Origin: a virus | Length of the DNA stretch: 30,659 nt | Virus record (IMG/VR): IMGVR_UViG_3300037843_000385 | Strand: one strand, 5' to 3' | Shown: piece after piece, positions 14,542-23,243 of the stretch | Layout of the letters: the number at the start of each line of letters is the position of its first letter | How positions within the stretch are numbered: the stretch's first letter is position 1 | Notes under the pieces: generated by a model | What the model was told of the DNA's origin: nothing | The model's input: only the letters and a program-made list of their open reading frames with translations | Database searches by the model: none | Made by a program: the position numbers and the translations under genes

Positions 14542-15269
14542 TGGAAACGCTCTTGAACGGCATCATAAGCGCTCTGGCAGCTATGGTCGCACCCGGCGTG
14601 ACAACCAAGCAACTCGACGAGCAGGCGGAGCGCCTGTGCGCCGTCCACGGTGTCAAGCCCGCGTTCAAGGGCTACAAGCCGCCCAACTTCGGCAAGGAGG
14701 AGGGCTTCCCGAACGCGCTCTGCGTCTCGATTAACGAGGAGGTCATCCACGGCATTCCGTCCGACAGGCAAATAGTCGAGGGGGACGTTGTAAAATTGGA
14801 CATGGGGATCGAGCAGGACGGGCAGTTTGACGATGGTGCGACAACCGTGCTCGTCGGTGATATAGACCCGAAGACTGGGCATATCCTCGGCACGTCCGCG
14901 ACAGCGCGAAAGCTCGTGAAGGCGACAAAGGAAGCATTGGACGCCGGAATCGCGCAAGCGAAAGCCGGGAAGACCACGCACGACATCGCAGCCGTCGTCG
15001 AGGCGGTTGCGAAAAAATACGATGTGCATGTTATCCACGGCTACGGCGGGCACGGCATTGGGGAACAGCTTCACATGGAGCCGCATATCCCGAACGAGGT
15101 CGCTGGCGAGGCGGCCCCAGTAAAGCTTGAGAAGGGCATGCGTATCGCCATCGAGCCGATGTTCGGCTCGAATCACGGATTCACGCAAGTAGCGAAGGAT
15201 GGATGGACGGTGAAGCTCCGCAATGGGGGCCTCGCCGCGCACTTCGAACAGACAGTCACCATTGAGTGA
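14541..15269 (+). CDS. map: Methionine aminopeptidase, type I
   Basis: FPNALCVSINEEVIHGIP, GDVVKLDMG, HGYGGHGIG, IAIEPM and HFEQTVTI match the MetAP-I metal-binding signatures. Confidence 0.9.
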   Translation: METLLNGIISALAAMVAPGVTTKQLDEQAERLCAVHGVKPAFKGYKPPNFGKEEGFPNALCVSINEEVIHGIPSDRQIVEGDVVKLDMGIEQDGQFDDGATTVLVGDIDPKTGHILGTSATARKLVKATKEALDAGIAQAKAGKTTHDIAAVVEAVAKKYDVHVIHGYGGHGIGEQLHMEPHIPNEVAGEAAPVKLEKGMRIAIEPMFGSNHGFTQVAKDGWTVKLRNGGLAAHFEQTVTIE

Positions 15270-15282
15270 GGCAGGAAGTTTA

Positions 15283-15462
15283 ATGAGCCAACCAACGTTT
15301 GAGCAGGTACCGCTTGATCTTGAAAAGATGAACATCATCTTGCGGGCACTTGAATGGTCCTACGAGGACAAGAACAATCCCAACGGCATCCGCAAGAAAA
15401 TGAAGGTCTTGCATGGCAAGCTGGAACGCCACCTGCATGGAATCTTAGACCGACTGGATTGA
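15283..15462 (+). CDS. Hypothetical protein (59 aa)
   Basis: ATG after GAGGCAGGAAG. In frame with track ORF 15223..15462. Confidence 0.5.
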   Translation: MSQPTFEQVPLDLEKMNIILRALEWSYEDKNNPNGIRKKMKVLHGKLERHLHGILDRLD

Positions 15463-15465
15463 GCC

Positions 15466-15675
15466 ATGAGCAGCAAGAGGCACCTGCGTCGCAGGGCATG
15501 CAGGGGCAAAAACCAGCACATCGACCAAGCCGGGGCGGTCCGTCACCTGATCTCGCTCAAGCACAAAGGCGAGTTTGGTCTCGTGTCGTACAAATGCCCA
15601 TTCGGCAACCACTGGCATGTGGGCCACCCTCCGCGCAGGGTCAGGCAAGCCCTTTCCGCAAAAGGAGTCTGGTAA
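15466..15675 (+). CDS. Basic Cys/His-containing protein (69 aa)
   Basis: Begins 4 nt after the upstream stop. Confidence 0.45.
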   Translation: MSSKRHLRRRACRGKNQHIDQAGAVRHLISLKHKGEFGLVSYKCPFGNHWHVGHPPRRVRQALSAKGVW

Positions 15676-15683
15676 ATTTCCAG

Positions 15684-15689
15684 TATTAT
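15684..15689 (+). promoter_or_regulatory. -10 element TATTAT 6 nt upstream of ATGAGC (leaderless-type promoter)
   Basis: AGTATTATCGGGATATGAGC, near-identical to the motif at 12912-12931. Confidence 0.4.
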
Positions 15690-15695
15690 CGGGAT

Positions 15696-16133
15696 ATGAG
15701 CAAGCCAAAATCCTCTGTACCCGCAACCACCAAAGCATTGCAAGCATGGCATTCCGAGCTTCGACACCTAGAAAAGCGGCTGGGAGAGTGGGCCAACATC
15801 CTCGCCGAGCGCGAGCGGCTCCTGGAGGAGCAGGAAGCCGCCTTTTCCGCCGCTGTCGATGACGCGCCGGACGAAGTAGTCAAGCATTATGCCAACAACC
15901 ACGCGTACGACATTGACGAGGATTGCGGTTGTACCCCCGAAGACGCCGTCACTGGGTGCGACTGCCCGAAGTGCGAACAAGGGAGAGCACACTGGAAGGT
16001 GCATGGTGCGCCTCCGACGATCATCCTGGACCGGCGTCCGTATCCTGGCGATAAGGGCGACGAAGTCGAGTGGCTTGAGGGCCTCTGGAAACTGGAAGAC
16101 AAGAGGCGCGGAAAAAAGGAAGCGCGAAAATGA
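15696..16133 (+). CDS. Hypothetical protein with CGC...CDCPKC motif (145 aa)
   Basis: ATG 6 nt after TATTAT. In frame with track ORF 15354..16133. Confidence 0.55.
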   Translation: MSKPKSSVPATTKALQAWHSELRHLEKRLGEWANILAERERLLEEQEAAFSAAVDDAPDEVVKHYANNHAYDIDEDCGCTPEDAVTGCDCPKCEQGRAHWKVHGAPPTIILDRRPYPGDKGDEVEWLEGLWKLEDKRRGKKEARK

Positions 16134-16546
16134 TCAAAGTCTCTCTTTTCGACCAAAACGATACCCACTTCGCGGCGCTTGACATGCTGGAGCTTCCGCA
16201 CAAAGGCGACGTCATCGAGATCGGGTTTCCCGGCGAGCAGATCGTCAAGTCGTTCGAGGTCGAGTACCTCGTCCACAAGATGATTCAGCTTCCGCCGCAC
16301 GAGATAGTTGACGGAGTGCTATCCACAAACAACCCGCCGTGGCGCTGGGAGTTCCGTCTGCACGGCATTTTGTACGATCCCGATGTAAAAGAGCTTTGTG
16401 TCTGCGCACAGGGCGTAACGAAATGCCCGAGACACGGCGACCAGCCCGCCGAGCGCGAGATGTGCCCCCGATGCGGGAAAGCAGTTCTGGGGTATTGTGC
16501 GCAGGGGGAATACTGCACCAGCGATGGCTGCGGGTACGCCGCGTAA
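16130..16546 (+). CDS. Hypothetical Cys-rich protein (138 aa)
   Basis: ATGA overlap. C-terminal Cys cluster. Confidence 0.55.
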   Translation: MIKVSLFDQNDTHFAALDMLELPHKGDVIEIGFPGEQIVKSFEVEYLVHKMIQLPPHEIVDGVLSTNNPPWRWEFRLHGILYDPDVKELCVCAQGVTKCPRHGDQPAEREMCPRCGKAVLGYCAQGEYCTSDGCGYAA

Positions 16547-16838
16547 ACACACGAACGCCCTCGCGGCGTCGGCATGGTTATCCTATCCCGCGAAGGCTTC
16601 CGTGTAGATAACGGACCACCTCCTTCAGATTTCGGGACAGGTTGTTAGGCGATTGCTCCCGTGGATTGAGGTCACTGCATACTGCCGAAGGTTCATGCTT
16701 TCCTCCTCGGGATTCTGGACGAACTGAGTATTTAGTTGTGACGGCTTTCGCCGTTCTTACTAAAGGGGAGCATAACGGAAAAATTCCGGGCTGCTGGCGG
16801 AACCTAGAGGTCTTCCGGCAGCCTCCCACGGTAACCTA

Positions 16839-18662
16839 ATGAGCGAAGAGAACAACCTGCTGCGCCGGGTCTTCGGGATGCTCCAAGACAACGTCCGCAC
16901 CTACCAGATCGCCGAGGACCAGGAAGTCCTTCGCGACGAATTCTCCTACTGCCAGGTGATGTACAAAATCCTGTTCGGCGACAAGGGCTTCGCCGAGACC
17001 TTGGGGCCGACCTGGCGGATGATCCACGACCCTCGCTTCGTCGCCATCGAGAACATGATGGTGCAGGAGCGCAAGCCGATCTTCGGCGGCGACGCACGCC
17101 TCGGCAGGCAATACTTCAATGACGACGGCGTGATGAACTCCACGGTGTCGGACCTCGAAAAGTACGCCGAGCTTCTCGGCGAGGGGCGCAACTTCCACAA
17201 CGCGCTAGTCCACCCGGACAAGAACTGCCAGCAGCGCATGTGGCTAGAGCGCATCTACACAGGTTTTACCAATCTCAAGCCCTACGAGGGGTTCGCTTGC
17301 ACTTGCGACGCTTATTTGGACGAGCATAGGCTTGCGGTGGACGACCCGACGATCTTCAAGGACGCCCCAGACGAGGCGGTGTGGAGTCTCATCGGGCAGG
17401 AATGCCCGAACCGCGCCGTCACTCGGGGCGGCGATAAGACCGCATACGGCAAACTGCTGTATAACCTGATTCGCGCTGACTTGATCGGGCTGATCCACGA
17501 TTATGCCGAGACGCCGCTCATCGACAGCTATGTCTACCTGCGCGACCACGGCGTCGTGACGGCGACCGAGACCGTCGCCTTCATTGATCCGCACGGGCAG
17601 GAAGCTCCCCGCGTGCTCCAGGAGATCGACATCCTTGAGCAAGCGCTCACGCACCGCGCCACGTTGCGCGTCACCGCGTACAAGATTCTGAAAAAGATCG
17701 GCTTCGAGCAGAAGCTCGGGCAGCTTACCGGGACGGACTTCTTCGAGCTTACCGACACGGAGCGCGACGAGATGCTGCGCATCGTGTACGAGTCCGACTA
17801 CCCCGAGCCTGACCCTAAGATCGGCGGCGGCACCATCGTCGTCCCGAAGAACTGGCGTCCGTTCAGCGACCGCCTGCGCGAGTGGGAACACGCAATCGAG
17901 CAAAAGCTTCTGGACTACGTGCGGGAGAACTGTATGGGGCTGGATTACCCGCTCCGAGAGAGCGCCCAGCTTGCTGTCGAGCGGCAGGAGGCGTGGCGGA
18001 CCGTCGCTGGGCTGCTGGACGGCAGCATCCAACCGATCAACTCCTACACCGAACCCACGGGCGAAATCCCCGCCGACCAGAGCGAGACTGAGGTCATGAA
18101 GTACGCGGCCATGATGGACGCAATCATGTCCAACGAGTTCAAGCAGGAGCTTTACCTGCTGTTCGTGGAAGCCGAGAAGGAAGGCGCGACCGCCATCATC
18201 GACATCCTCACCCCGGTGTTCCTGACGCCCGGCTACCCGCTTGATGAGCAGGAATTCTACCGGATTCTCGAACGCATCCGCATCGGCAGCAAGTCGCTCC
18301 GTGCCGAGCGCATGGAAGCGATCCGGGGAACCAAGCAGACCACGGAGAACCCCGAGGGCAAGGTCGGTCTCAAGGAGACCGCTGGCGAGTTCCACAGCAA
18401 GGACAACCCGAGCGGCGTCTACAGGGGCACTCGCCACTCCCACAACTACATCAAGATAAGCGGCAAGGTGCAGCCCAGGCTAGTCAACACTGGATCGAAG
18501 AGCGAGCACGTCGCCTACTTTGTGGGCGACGCCCGCCTGCACAAGCCGGGGGACAGCCCGATGGAGTACAACTCCATCGTCCCGTTCGACGGCAAGGACG
18601 TCGAAGTCGAGGGCGAGTTCGCCGACGGCTTTTTCGTCGTGAGGGAAATTCGTGAAGCCTGA
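16839..18662 (+). CDS. Large hypothetical protein (607 aa)
   Basis: Long ORF following a 292-nt non-coding leader. I recognise no domain. Confidence 0.75.
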   Translation: MSEENNLLRRVFGMLQDNVRTYQIAEDQEVLRDEFSYCQVMYKILFGDKGFAETLGPTWRMIHDPRFVAIENMMVQERKPIFGGDARLGRQYFNDDGVMNSTVSDLEKYAELLGEGRNFHNALVHPDKNCQQRMWLERIYTGFTNLKPYEGFACTCDAYLDEHRLAVDDPTIFKDAPDEAVWSLIGQECPNRAVTRGGDKTAYGKLLYNLIRADLIGLIHDYAETPLIDSYVYLRDHGVVTATETVAFIDPHGQEAPRVLQEIDILEQALTHRATLRVTAYKILKKIGFEQKLGQLTGTDFFELTDTERDEMLRIVYESDYPEPDPKIGGGTIVVPKNWRPFSDRLREWEHAIEQKLLDYVRENCMGLDYPLRESAQLAVERQEAWRTVAGLLDGSIQPINSYTEPTGEIPADQSETEVMKYAAMMDAIMSNEFKQELYLLFVEAEKEGATAIIDILTPVFLTPGYPLDEQEFYRILERIRIGSKSLRAERMEAIRGTKQTTENPEGKVGLKETAGEFHSKDNPSGVYRGTRHSHNYIKISGKVQPRLVNTGSKSEHVAYFVGDARLHKPGDSPMEYNSIVPFDGKDVEVEGEFADGFFVVREIREA

Positions 18663-18814
18663 TGGCAGCATGCCGGGGAAAGCCCCGCAGCCGAGGCTCG
18701 CCCGCAACATGGAAGAGCAATGCGTAGCTTACAGAAAAAGCGTGCTTTCCGGGGTCGGTCCGATACGGGAACGCTGCCAGTACCGTGATGGTCACAGAGG
18801 TAGGCATATTACAT

Positions 18815-18843
18815 TTGACGGCGTCCGGTTTTAGCGGTATCAT
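18815..18843 (+). promoter_or_regulatory. Promoter TTGACG-N17-TATCAT with the ATG 6 nt downstream (leaderless)
   Basis: Good -35/-10 spacing. ATG at 18850. Confidence 0.5.
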
Positions 18844-18849
18844 CCCCAC

Positions 18850-19110
18850 ATGGACAAATGCCTTTGCCTCGTCCCGGTTCCAGACGAAGCGGGCGAATAC
18901 TGCGTCGAGTGCCACAAGGACATCGAACTGCCCGATCTTGGCGACATCGTCGGCATCTGCAACCTATGCGACGAGACCGCCGCCGACTGCTCCAAGACCC
19001 CTTCGGACCTTAAGCGCTTCCACAAGCTGTTTCGGTCCCACAAAAAGGCCAAGGCCTTGGGGTACCGGGGCGACCTTCTCCGCTGGATAGAGTTTGTCCA
19101 AGAACGCTAA
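18850..19110 (+). CDS. Cys-rich protein (86 aa)
   Basis: Motifs CLC...CVEC...CNLC...C. Complete ORF. Confidence 0.55.
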   Translation: MDKCLCLVPVPDEAGEYCVECHKDIELPDLGDIVGICNLCDETAADCSKTPSDLKRFHKLFRSHKKAKALGYRGDLLRWIEFVQER

Positions 19111-19129
19111 ATTCTGGTATGCTAGATTC

Positions 19130-19432
19130 ATGCGCAGACTGCTGCCGATCCTAAGCTGCCTCACCTTGCTCTTCGTCCTCCTCGCCGGATGCGACGACTT
19201 GACCGTCACCCGGCGCACGCCCGCAGGAGTCCGGCAGGAAACGCGCTCGGTGTCGTGCAGCTACCCCGGCTGGTGCATAGGCTACAACGGCAAGTTCGGC
19301 TTCAACTACGACTGTTCCGGCAGCCGCCAAGCCGTCGTGAGCGTCCAGAGCTTCGTCATCCGCTACAAGAGCGGGCGCATCGCCACGGAGGAGGAAGTCA
19401 CGGTAGTCCGCTACCTGACGGATTGCAGATGA
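19130..19432 (+). CDS. Lipoprotein (lipobox LLAGC), 100 aa
   Basis: Signal MRRLLPILSCLTLLFVLLAG|C. The track ORF starts at 19094 inside the previous gene, so I prefer ATG 19130, which sits 6 nt after TATGCT (-10), with TTGTCC as -35. Confidence 0.6.
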   Translation: MRRLLPILSCLTLLFVLLAGCDDLTVTRRTPAGVRQETRSVSCSYPGWCIGYNGKFGFNYDCSGSRQAVVSVQSFVIRYKSGRIATEEEVTVVRYLTDCR

Positions 19433-19447
19433 AAATCGGAGGAAGCG

Positions 19448-19747
19448 ATGCTCGAAAGAGTTGAAGGCAGTTCTTTCACGATGGGGACTCACATCTTCTT
19501 CCGTAACCTCGGTCACATGAACGGCAGCCAAGGCTATCAGCGGAAGACCAACATCTATGATGTCTTGACCAAGGACAACATCAAACTTGGAGAGATCAGG
19601 TGGTTCGGTCGCTGGCGGAAATACTGCTTCTACCCGTGGAAAGAGACCCTCTACGAGGAGACTTGCCTGCGTGACATCTCCCAGTTCATCGAGGAAGAGA
19701 CCAAGTCCCAGAAGGCGACAGCCCGGCAGCGGAAGGCGGAAAAATGA
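19448..19747 (+). CDS. Hypothetical basic protein (99 aa)
   Basis: Shine-Dalgarno TCGGAGGAAGCG precedes the ATG. Confidence 0.55.
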   Translation: MLERVEGSSFTMGTHIFFRNLGHMNGSQGYQRKTNIYDVLTKDNIKLGEIRWFGRWRKYCFYPWKETLYEETCLRDISQFIEEETKSQKATARQRKAEK

Positions 19748-19947
19748 GCCTTTCCCCGGAGCCAACCATCACGGTCAACGGCGTCCGCCTGTCCGAGGGC
19801 CAAGCGATGGCTATGCGCGTGTCCCTTATGAGTTTTGCCTCGTACTTGCAGGAAAACGGTCTCGGCGACGACGAGGTCGGCAAGGGAATCTGCGCTGGCT
19901 ATCTCGCCCGAGCGAACGAGATTTTCAGGCTGATGGCTGAGGTCTAA
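19744..19947 (+). CDS. Hypothetical protein (67 aa)
   Basis: ATGA overlap with the upstream gene. Confidence 0.5.
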   Translation: MSLSPEPTITVNGVRLSEGQAMAMRVSLMSFASYLQENGLGDDEVGKGICAGYLARANEIFRLMAEV

Positions 19948-19948
19948 C

Positions 19949-20380
19949 ATGCCGACAACCGAAGAATGGGCGAGAGTCCACGCCGACCTGACGAGGGGGC
20001 TGCGCCTGCCCTGCAAGCTGCGGTTCTCCAGCTTGTGGAAGGTCGGGGCGCACGACTGGAACTGCAACCTCGGGAAATGTGACATCGTTGTCAATCCCTT
20101 CGCCGACTTCCGGGTGCCCGCGCACTTGATACTGCACGAGGGGGCGCACCACTACAGTTGCCCTTGTTTATTCCTTTATGGCAAGGGGCACTGCCGCCAC
20201 TGGGCGCGAGTCCTGTGCGACATGTACAAGGAAACCGGGATCGCGCTTCCCCACGCCACGGGATTCAAGGAGTTCGCCCGCGCCGCCGGGATCGTACACA
20301 AAATATTCGATCCGTCAGAAGCCCTTCAGATGCAGGCTATCGCGGACAACCCGCAGCTTGTGGAAGGTGCCGATGCCTGA
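19949..20380 (+). CDS. HExxH motif protein, possible SprT/DUF45-like zinc metallopeptidase (143 aa)
   Basis: ILHEGAHHYSCPC contains an HExxH motif, with additional Cys/His residues. Confidence 0.5.
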   Translation: MPTTEEWARVHADLTRGLRLPCKLRFSSLWKVGAHDWNCNLGKCDIVVNPFADFRVPAHLILHEGAHHYSCPCLFLYGKGHCRHWARVLCDMYKETGIALPHATGFKEFARAAGIVHKIFDPSEALQMQAIADNPQLVEGADA

Positions 20381-20549
20381 AGTGAACGCATACCGCTGCG
20401 ACTACTGCCGTACGCTCATGGAGCCGATAGAGAAGAAGACCGACCGCTGGCACACGAAGTGGTGCTCCGCCTGCGGAGCCAAGCTGTACGACGTGTTCAT
20501 TGGTGAGACCAAGCAGGAGGAAAGATGCGATTTACTTACAGGCAGTTGA
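20373..20549 (+). CDS. Zinc-ribbon protein (58 aa)
   Basis: Motifs CDYC...CSACG. The start overlaps the upstream gene by 8 nt. Confidence 0.45.
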   Translation: MPEVNAYRCDYCRTLMEPIEKKTDRWHTKWCSACGAKLYDVFIGETKQEERCDLLTGS

Positions 20550-20610
20550 AACGAGCTTATGCGGCGTTCGGTGCACGGTATTCTCAACGAGAGCACAGCC
20601 GGAGGAAACC

Positions 20611-20832
20611 ATGAAACTCAAGACCCTCAAGAAGCTGCTCAACGAGCTTCCCGCCGAGTTTGACGAGAAGAACGTTGTCTTGTCCCATGACGCCGAAGGG
20701 AACAGCTACAGCGGTTTACAGGACGTGGCCACGTCCTGTATGAGAAAGGACGGCAGCTACTACGACATGGTGTGGAATGAGGACGGCGAGACCCAGCCGC
20801 CCGCGAACACCGTCGTTCTGTGGCCCACCTAA
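20611..20832 (+). CDS. Hypothetical protein (73 aa)
   Basis: GGAGGAAACC then ATG. The track ORF 20500..20832 has no Shine-Dalgarno at its 5' extension. Confidence 0.5.
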   Translation: MKLKTLKKLLNELPAEFDEKNVVLSHDAEGNSYSGLQDVATSCMRKDGSYYDMVWNEDGETQPPANTVVLWPT

Positions 20833-20864
20833 TCCTCTGATTGTCGGGCACTTTGCGATCCGAC

Positions 20865-20894
20865 TGGACATTTTTCTAGCCTCCGCTGTATACT
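20865..20894 (+). promoter_or_regulatory. Promoter ACTGGACA-N18-TATACT (copy 1 of a conserved promoter module)
   Basis: Shares ACTGGAC and GCTGTATACT with the copies at 24777 and 29475. Confidence 0.6.
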
Positions 20895-20918
20895 GACAGT
20901 GCGAAGAAGGGGAGGCTC

Positions 20919-23234
20919 ATGAAATTCGTAGCTGAGAAGTCGCCTACCATTGCCCACGGCATGCAGGAAAGCCGGGCGTTCCATTTCGAGTTCAACGAAA
21001 CGATGTTCAGGATGTTGTCTAGCACCACGTACTCGGACCCCATTCGCGCGGTCATCCGCGAGCTTGCCTGCAATTCATCTGACGCCCACGAGATGGCAGG
21101 AACGCAGGACAAGCGCTTCGAGATTCACCTTCCCACCACGCACGAACCCGAGTTTATCATCCGCGACTACGGCGTGGGGATGGACGACGAAGAAATCAAC
21201 GACCTCTTCACTATGTACGGCGGATCGAACAAGCGCGGCGACAATCGCACCATCGGTGCTCTCGGCATCGGCTCCAAGTCGCCATACGCCTACACACAGA
21301 TGTACAACGTCATCACGACCAAGAACGGCGTGACCCGCACCTACGTGGCGCACGTCCAAGACGGCATGCCGCGCCTGACGCCTGATAAGGTCTGCGAGAC
21401 GCCGGACGCGCCGAACGGCGTGACCGTGCAGTTCTCCGTCAAGGAAAAGGACATTTGGGAGTTCGAAAACAAGGCGAAGATTGCCCTCGAATTTTTCGAG
21501 CCTATGCCGGAAGTCAACACCCCCAATTTTATTCCGCACAAGCAGACTTACATCCTCAAGGGCGACTCCTGGGGTCTGCGTAAGGAAGCGCGGACTGCGG
21601 CGCACGGCTTCGCGTGCCGCGCCATCATGGGCAAGGTGCAGTATCAAGTCGGCGGAATCGACGAAAGCCGCACCAATTCCCTCCAGCGCAAACTTCTGGA
21701 GATGCCCATCGACATGCACTTCCCGCTCGGCGCTCTGGAGTTCGCGACGTCCCGCGAGACGCTCCAGCTTTCGGAGAAGACGGTTGCCGCCGTTCTCGCG
21801 ATGTGCGACAAGATCGTCGGGGAAGCCATCCAGACCGTGAAGGACAAGATCGACGCCTGCAAGGACGTCTGGGAAGCGCAGGTCCTCCTGTTCTCGTTGC
21901 TCAACCAGACATCCAACACCTACTCCGGCGGCTCCGGCATGGGCGGTCTCATCAAGGAGGCGCTCGACAAGGGCAGGCTGTACGGACAGTACAAGAACTT
22001 CACCCTGTGCGAGTCTAAGGCCGTGATCAGCATGCTGGCGTATAGCCACATCAATGTGACCAAGTTCGAGTACAACAGCCGGGCGACCAAGCGTTCCAAC
22101 AAAGAGCCGTTCATCGCGACCGATCCAAAGGCCCTGCGCGGGGACAAGAAGCTGGCGAAGACGACCGGCGATCCGCTGGTGATTGCCCGCAACCGCTACG
22201 AGGTCACCGTCCGGCCGGACGTGCTGTTCGTGGTCAACGACACAAGATTCCCTGGCGACAAGTACATCCATATGCTCCTCCAAGAGAAACAGAACGGCGT
22301 GCCTTCCCCTAAGCGCGAAGTGTACCTAATCCACAAGCCGAAGAGCGAACCGGATACTGACATCGCCGTGGCGGTCAGGAACGCCAAAAAGCTGATCTCC
22401 GACATCGGTAACCCCCCGGCCAAGCTGATGTCCGAATTGGTCGCCGAGTACGCCCCCGTCTTCGCGGCGCGACGCCCGACAGGTTCCACTCCCAAGACGC
22501 GGCAGATCGCCGTGCTCGTGAACGCGCTTGGCGACCGCCGCCGTTGCAACCAAACGGGCTGGGGCAAGGCGTGGCGCTCCCCGACCGAGGAAGAGATCGC
22601 ACGCCCCGGCAAGAAGTATTATGTCGCCATCGAGAAGCTGGTCGCGATAAACGCTGGGTTTGACGACGCCTGGGACCTGCGCGAGTTCGTGGACAACGTC
22701 GTCGCGTCCGGCAAGTTCGGCATCGCCAACAACACTCCGGTCTACGGCGTGAAGAAAAACCACAAGGCGCTCAGGGAAAACGACGGCGAATGGGTCGAGC
22801 TTATCCATCACGTGTACAGGTGCGTAAGCGAGATCATGACGCCGCAGAAGACGCTGGCACTCAGCCTGTACCTGACGCCGTTCAGCGACGACTGCGCCGA
22901 CCTGCTCAGCCACCTCGCGAGCAAGCAGCCGCTCACCAACAGCCCGGCGCAGATGTTCGCCGTGGCATTGGACGAGGCGAAGGGCATCAGGATCAACAAC
23001 TGGAGCAACTTCAAGTGGGTGCTCAACCTGTGCGAACGCCGGGGCAAGTACACGCCGGGCGCGACAGCGGACTTCAACAAGAAGTGGCAGCAGGTCAAGG
23101 CTGGCTACCCCATGCTCCAGTTCGTGGGCAGTTACAACATCCGCAGCAACATAAAGACCCTGGTGGACTACATCCGGCAGGTGGACGAGCAAAATTCAGA
23201 AGCCGCGTGCGCAGCAGCGGCATCTAACCAATAG
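20919..23234 (+). CDS. rIIA: rIIA-like protein (N-terminal GHKL/HATPase_c fold), 771 aa
   Basis: FRMLSSTTYSDPIRAVIRELACNSSDAHE corresponds to T4 rIIA FKILSS...IRAVVRELITNMIDAH. DYGVGMD and GALGIGSKS are GHKL G1/G2 boxes. Followed by rIIB. Confidence 0.85.
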   Translation: MKFVAEKSPTIAHGMQESRAFHFEFNETMFRMLSSTTYSDPIRAVIRELACNSSDAHEMAGTQDKRFEIHLPTTHEPEFIIRDYGVGMDDEEINDLFTMYGGSNKRGDNRTIGALGIGSKSPYAYTQMYNVITTKNGVTRTYVAHVQDGMPRLTPDKVCETPDAPNGVTVQFSVKEKDIWEFENKAKIALEFFEPMPEVNTPNFIPHKQTYILKGDSWGLRKEARTAAHGFACRAIMGKVQYQVGGIDESRTNSLQRKLLEMPIDMHFPLGALEFATSRETLQLSEKTVAAVLAMCDKIVGEAIQTVKDKIDACKDVWEAQVLLFSLLNQTSNTYSGGSGMGGLIKEALDKGRLYGQYKNFTLCESKAVISMLAYSHINVTKFEYNSRATKRSNKEPFIATDPKALRGDKKLAKTTGDPLVIARNRYEVTVRPDVLFVVNDTRFPGDKYIHMLLQEKQNGVPSPKREVYLIHKPKSEPDTDIAVAVRNAKKLISDIGNPPAKLMSELVAEYAPVFAARRPTGSTPKTRQIAVLVNALGDRRRCNQTGWGKAWRSPTEEEIARPGKKYYVAIEKLVAINAGFDDAWDLREFVDNVVASGKFGIANNTPVYGVKKNHKALRENDGEWVELIHHVYRCVSEIMTPQKTLALSLYLTPFSDDCADLLSHLASKQPLTNSPAQMFAVALDEAKGIRINNWSNFKWVLNLCERRGKYTPGATADFNKKWQQVKAGYPMLQFVGSYNIRSNIKTLVDYIRQVDEQNSEAACAAAASNQ

Positions 23235-23243
23235 GAGAATTCT

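Noticed and set aside
18652-18834. 60-aa ORF (GTG start) overlapping the end of the 607-aa gene and the -35/-10 of the 18850 promoter.
   Set aside because: It is rich in rare AGA/AGG/ATA/ACA codons and overlaps promoter elements. It is probably non-coding.
21075-22283. 402-aa minus-strand ORF (and similar long minus ORFs at 1347-2291, 4883-5734, 7893-8669, 14301-15338, 17244-18443, 22326-23192).
   Set aside because: They lie antisense to well-supported + strand genes (rIIA, MetAP, HNH and others). Their products are Arg/Pro/Ala-rich and low-complexity, typical of GC-rich antisense frames. No Shine-Dalgarno or promoter context supports them.
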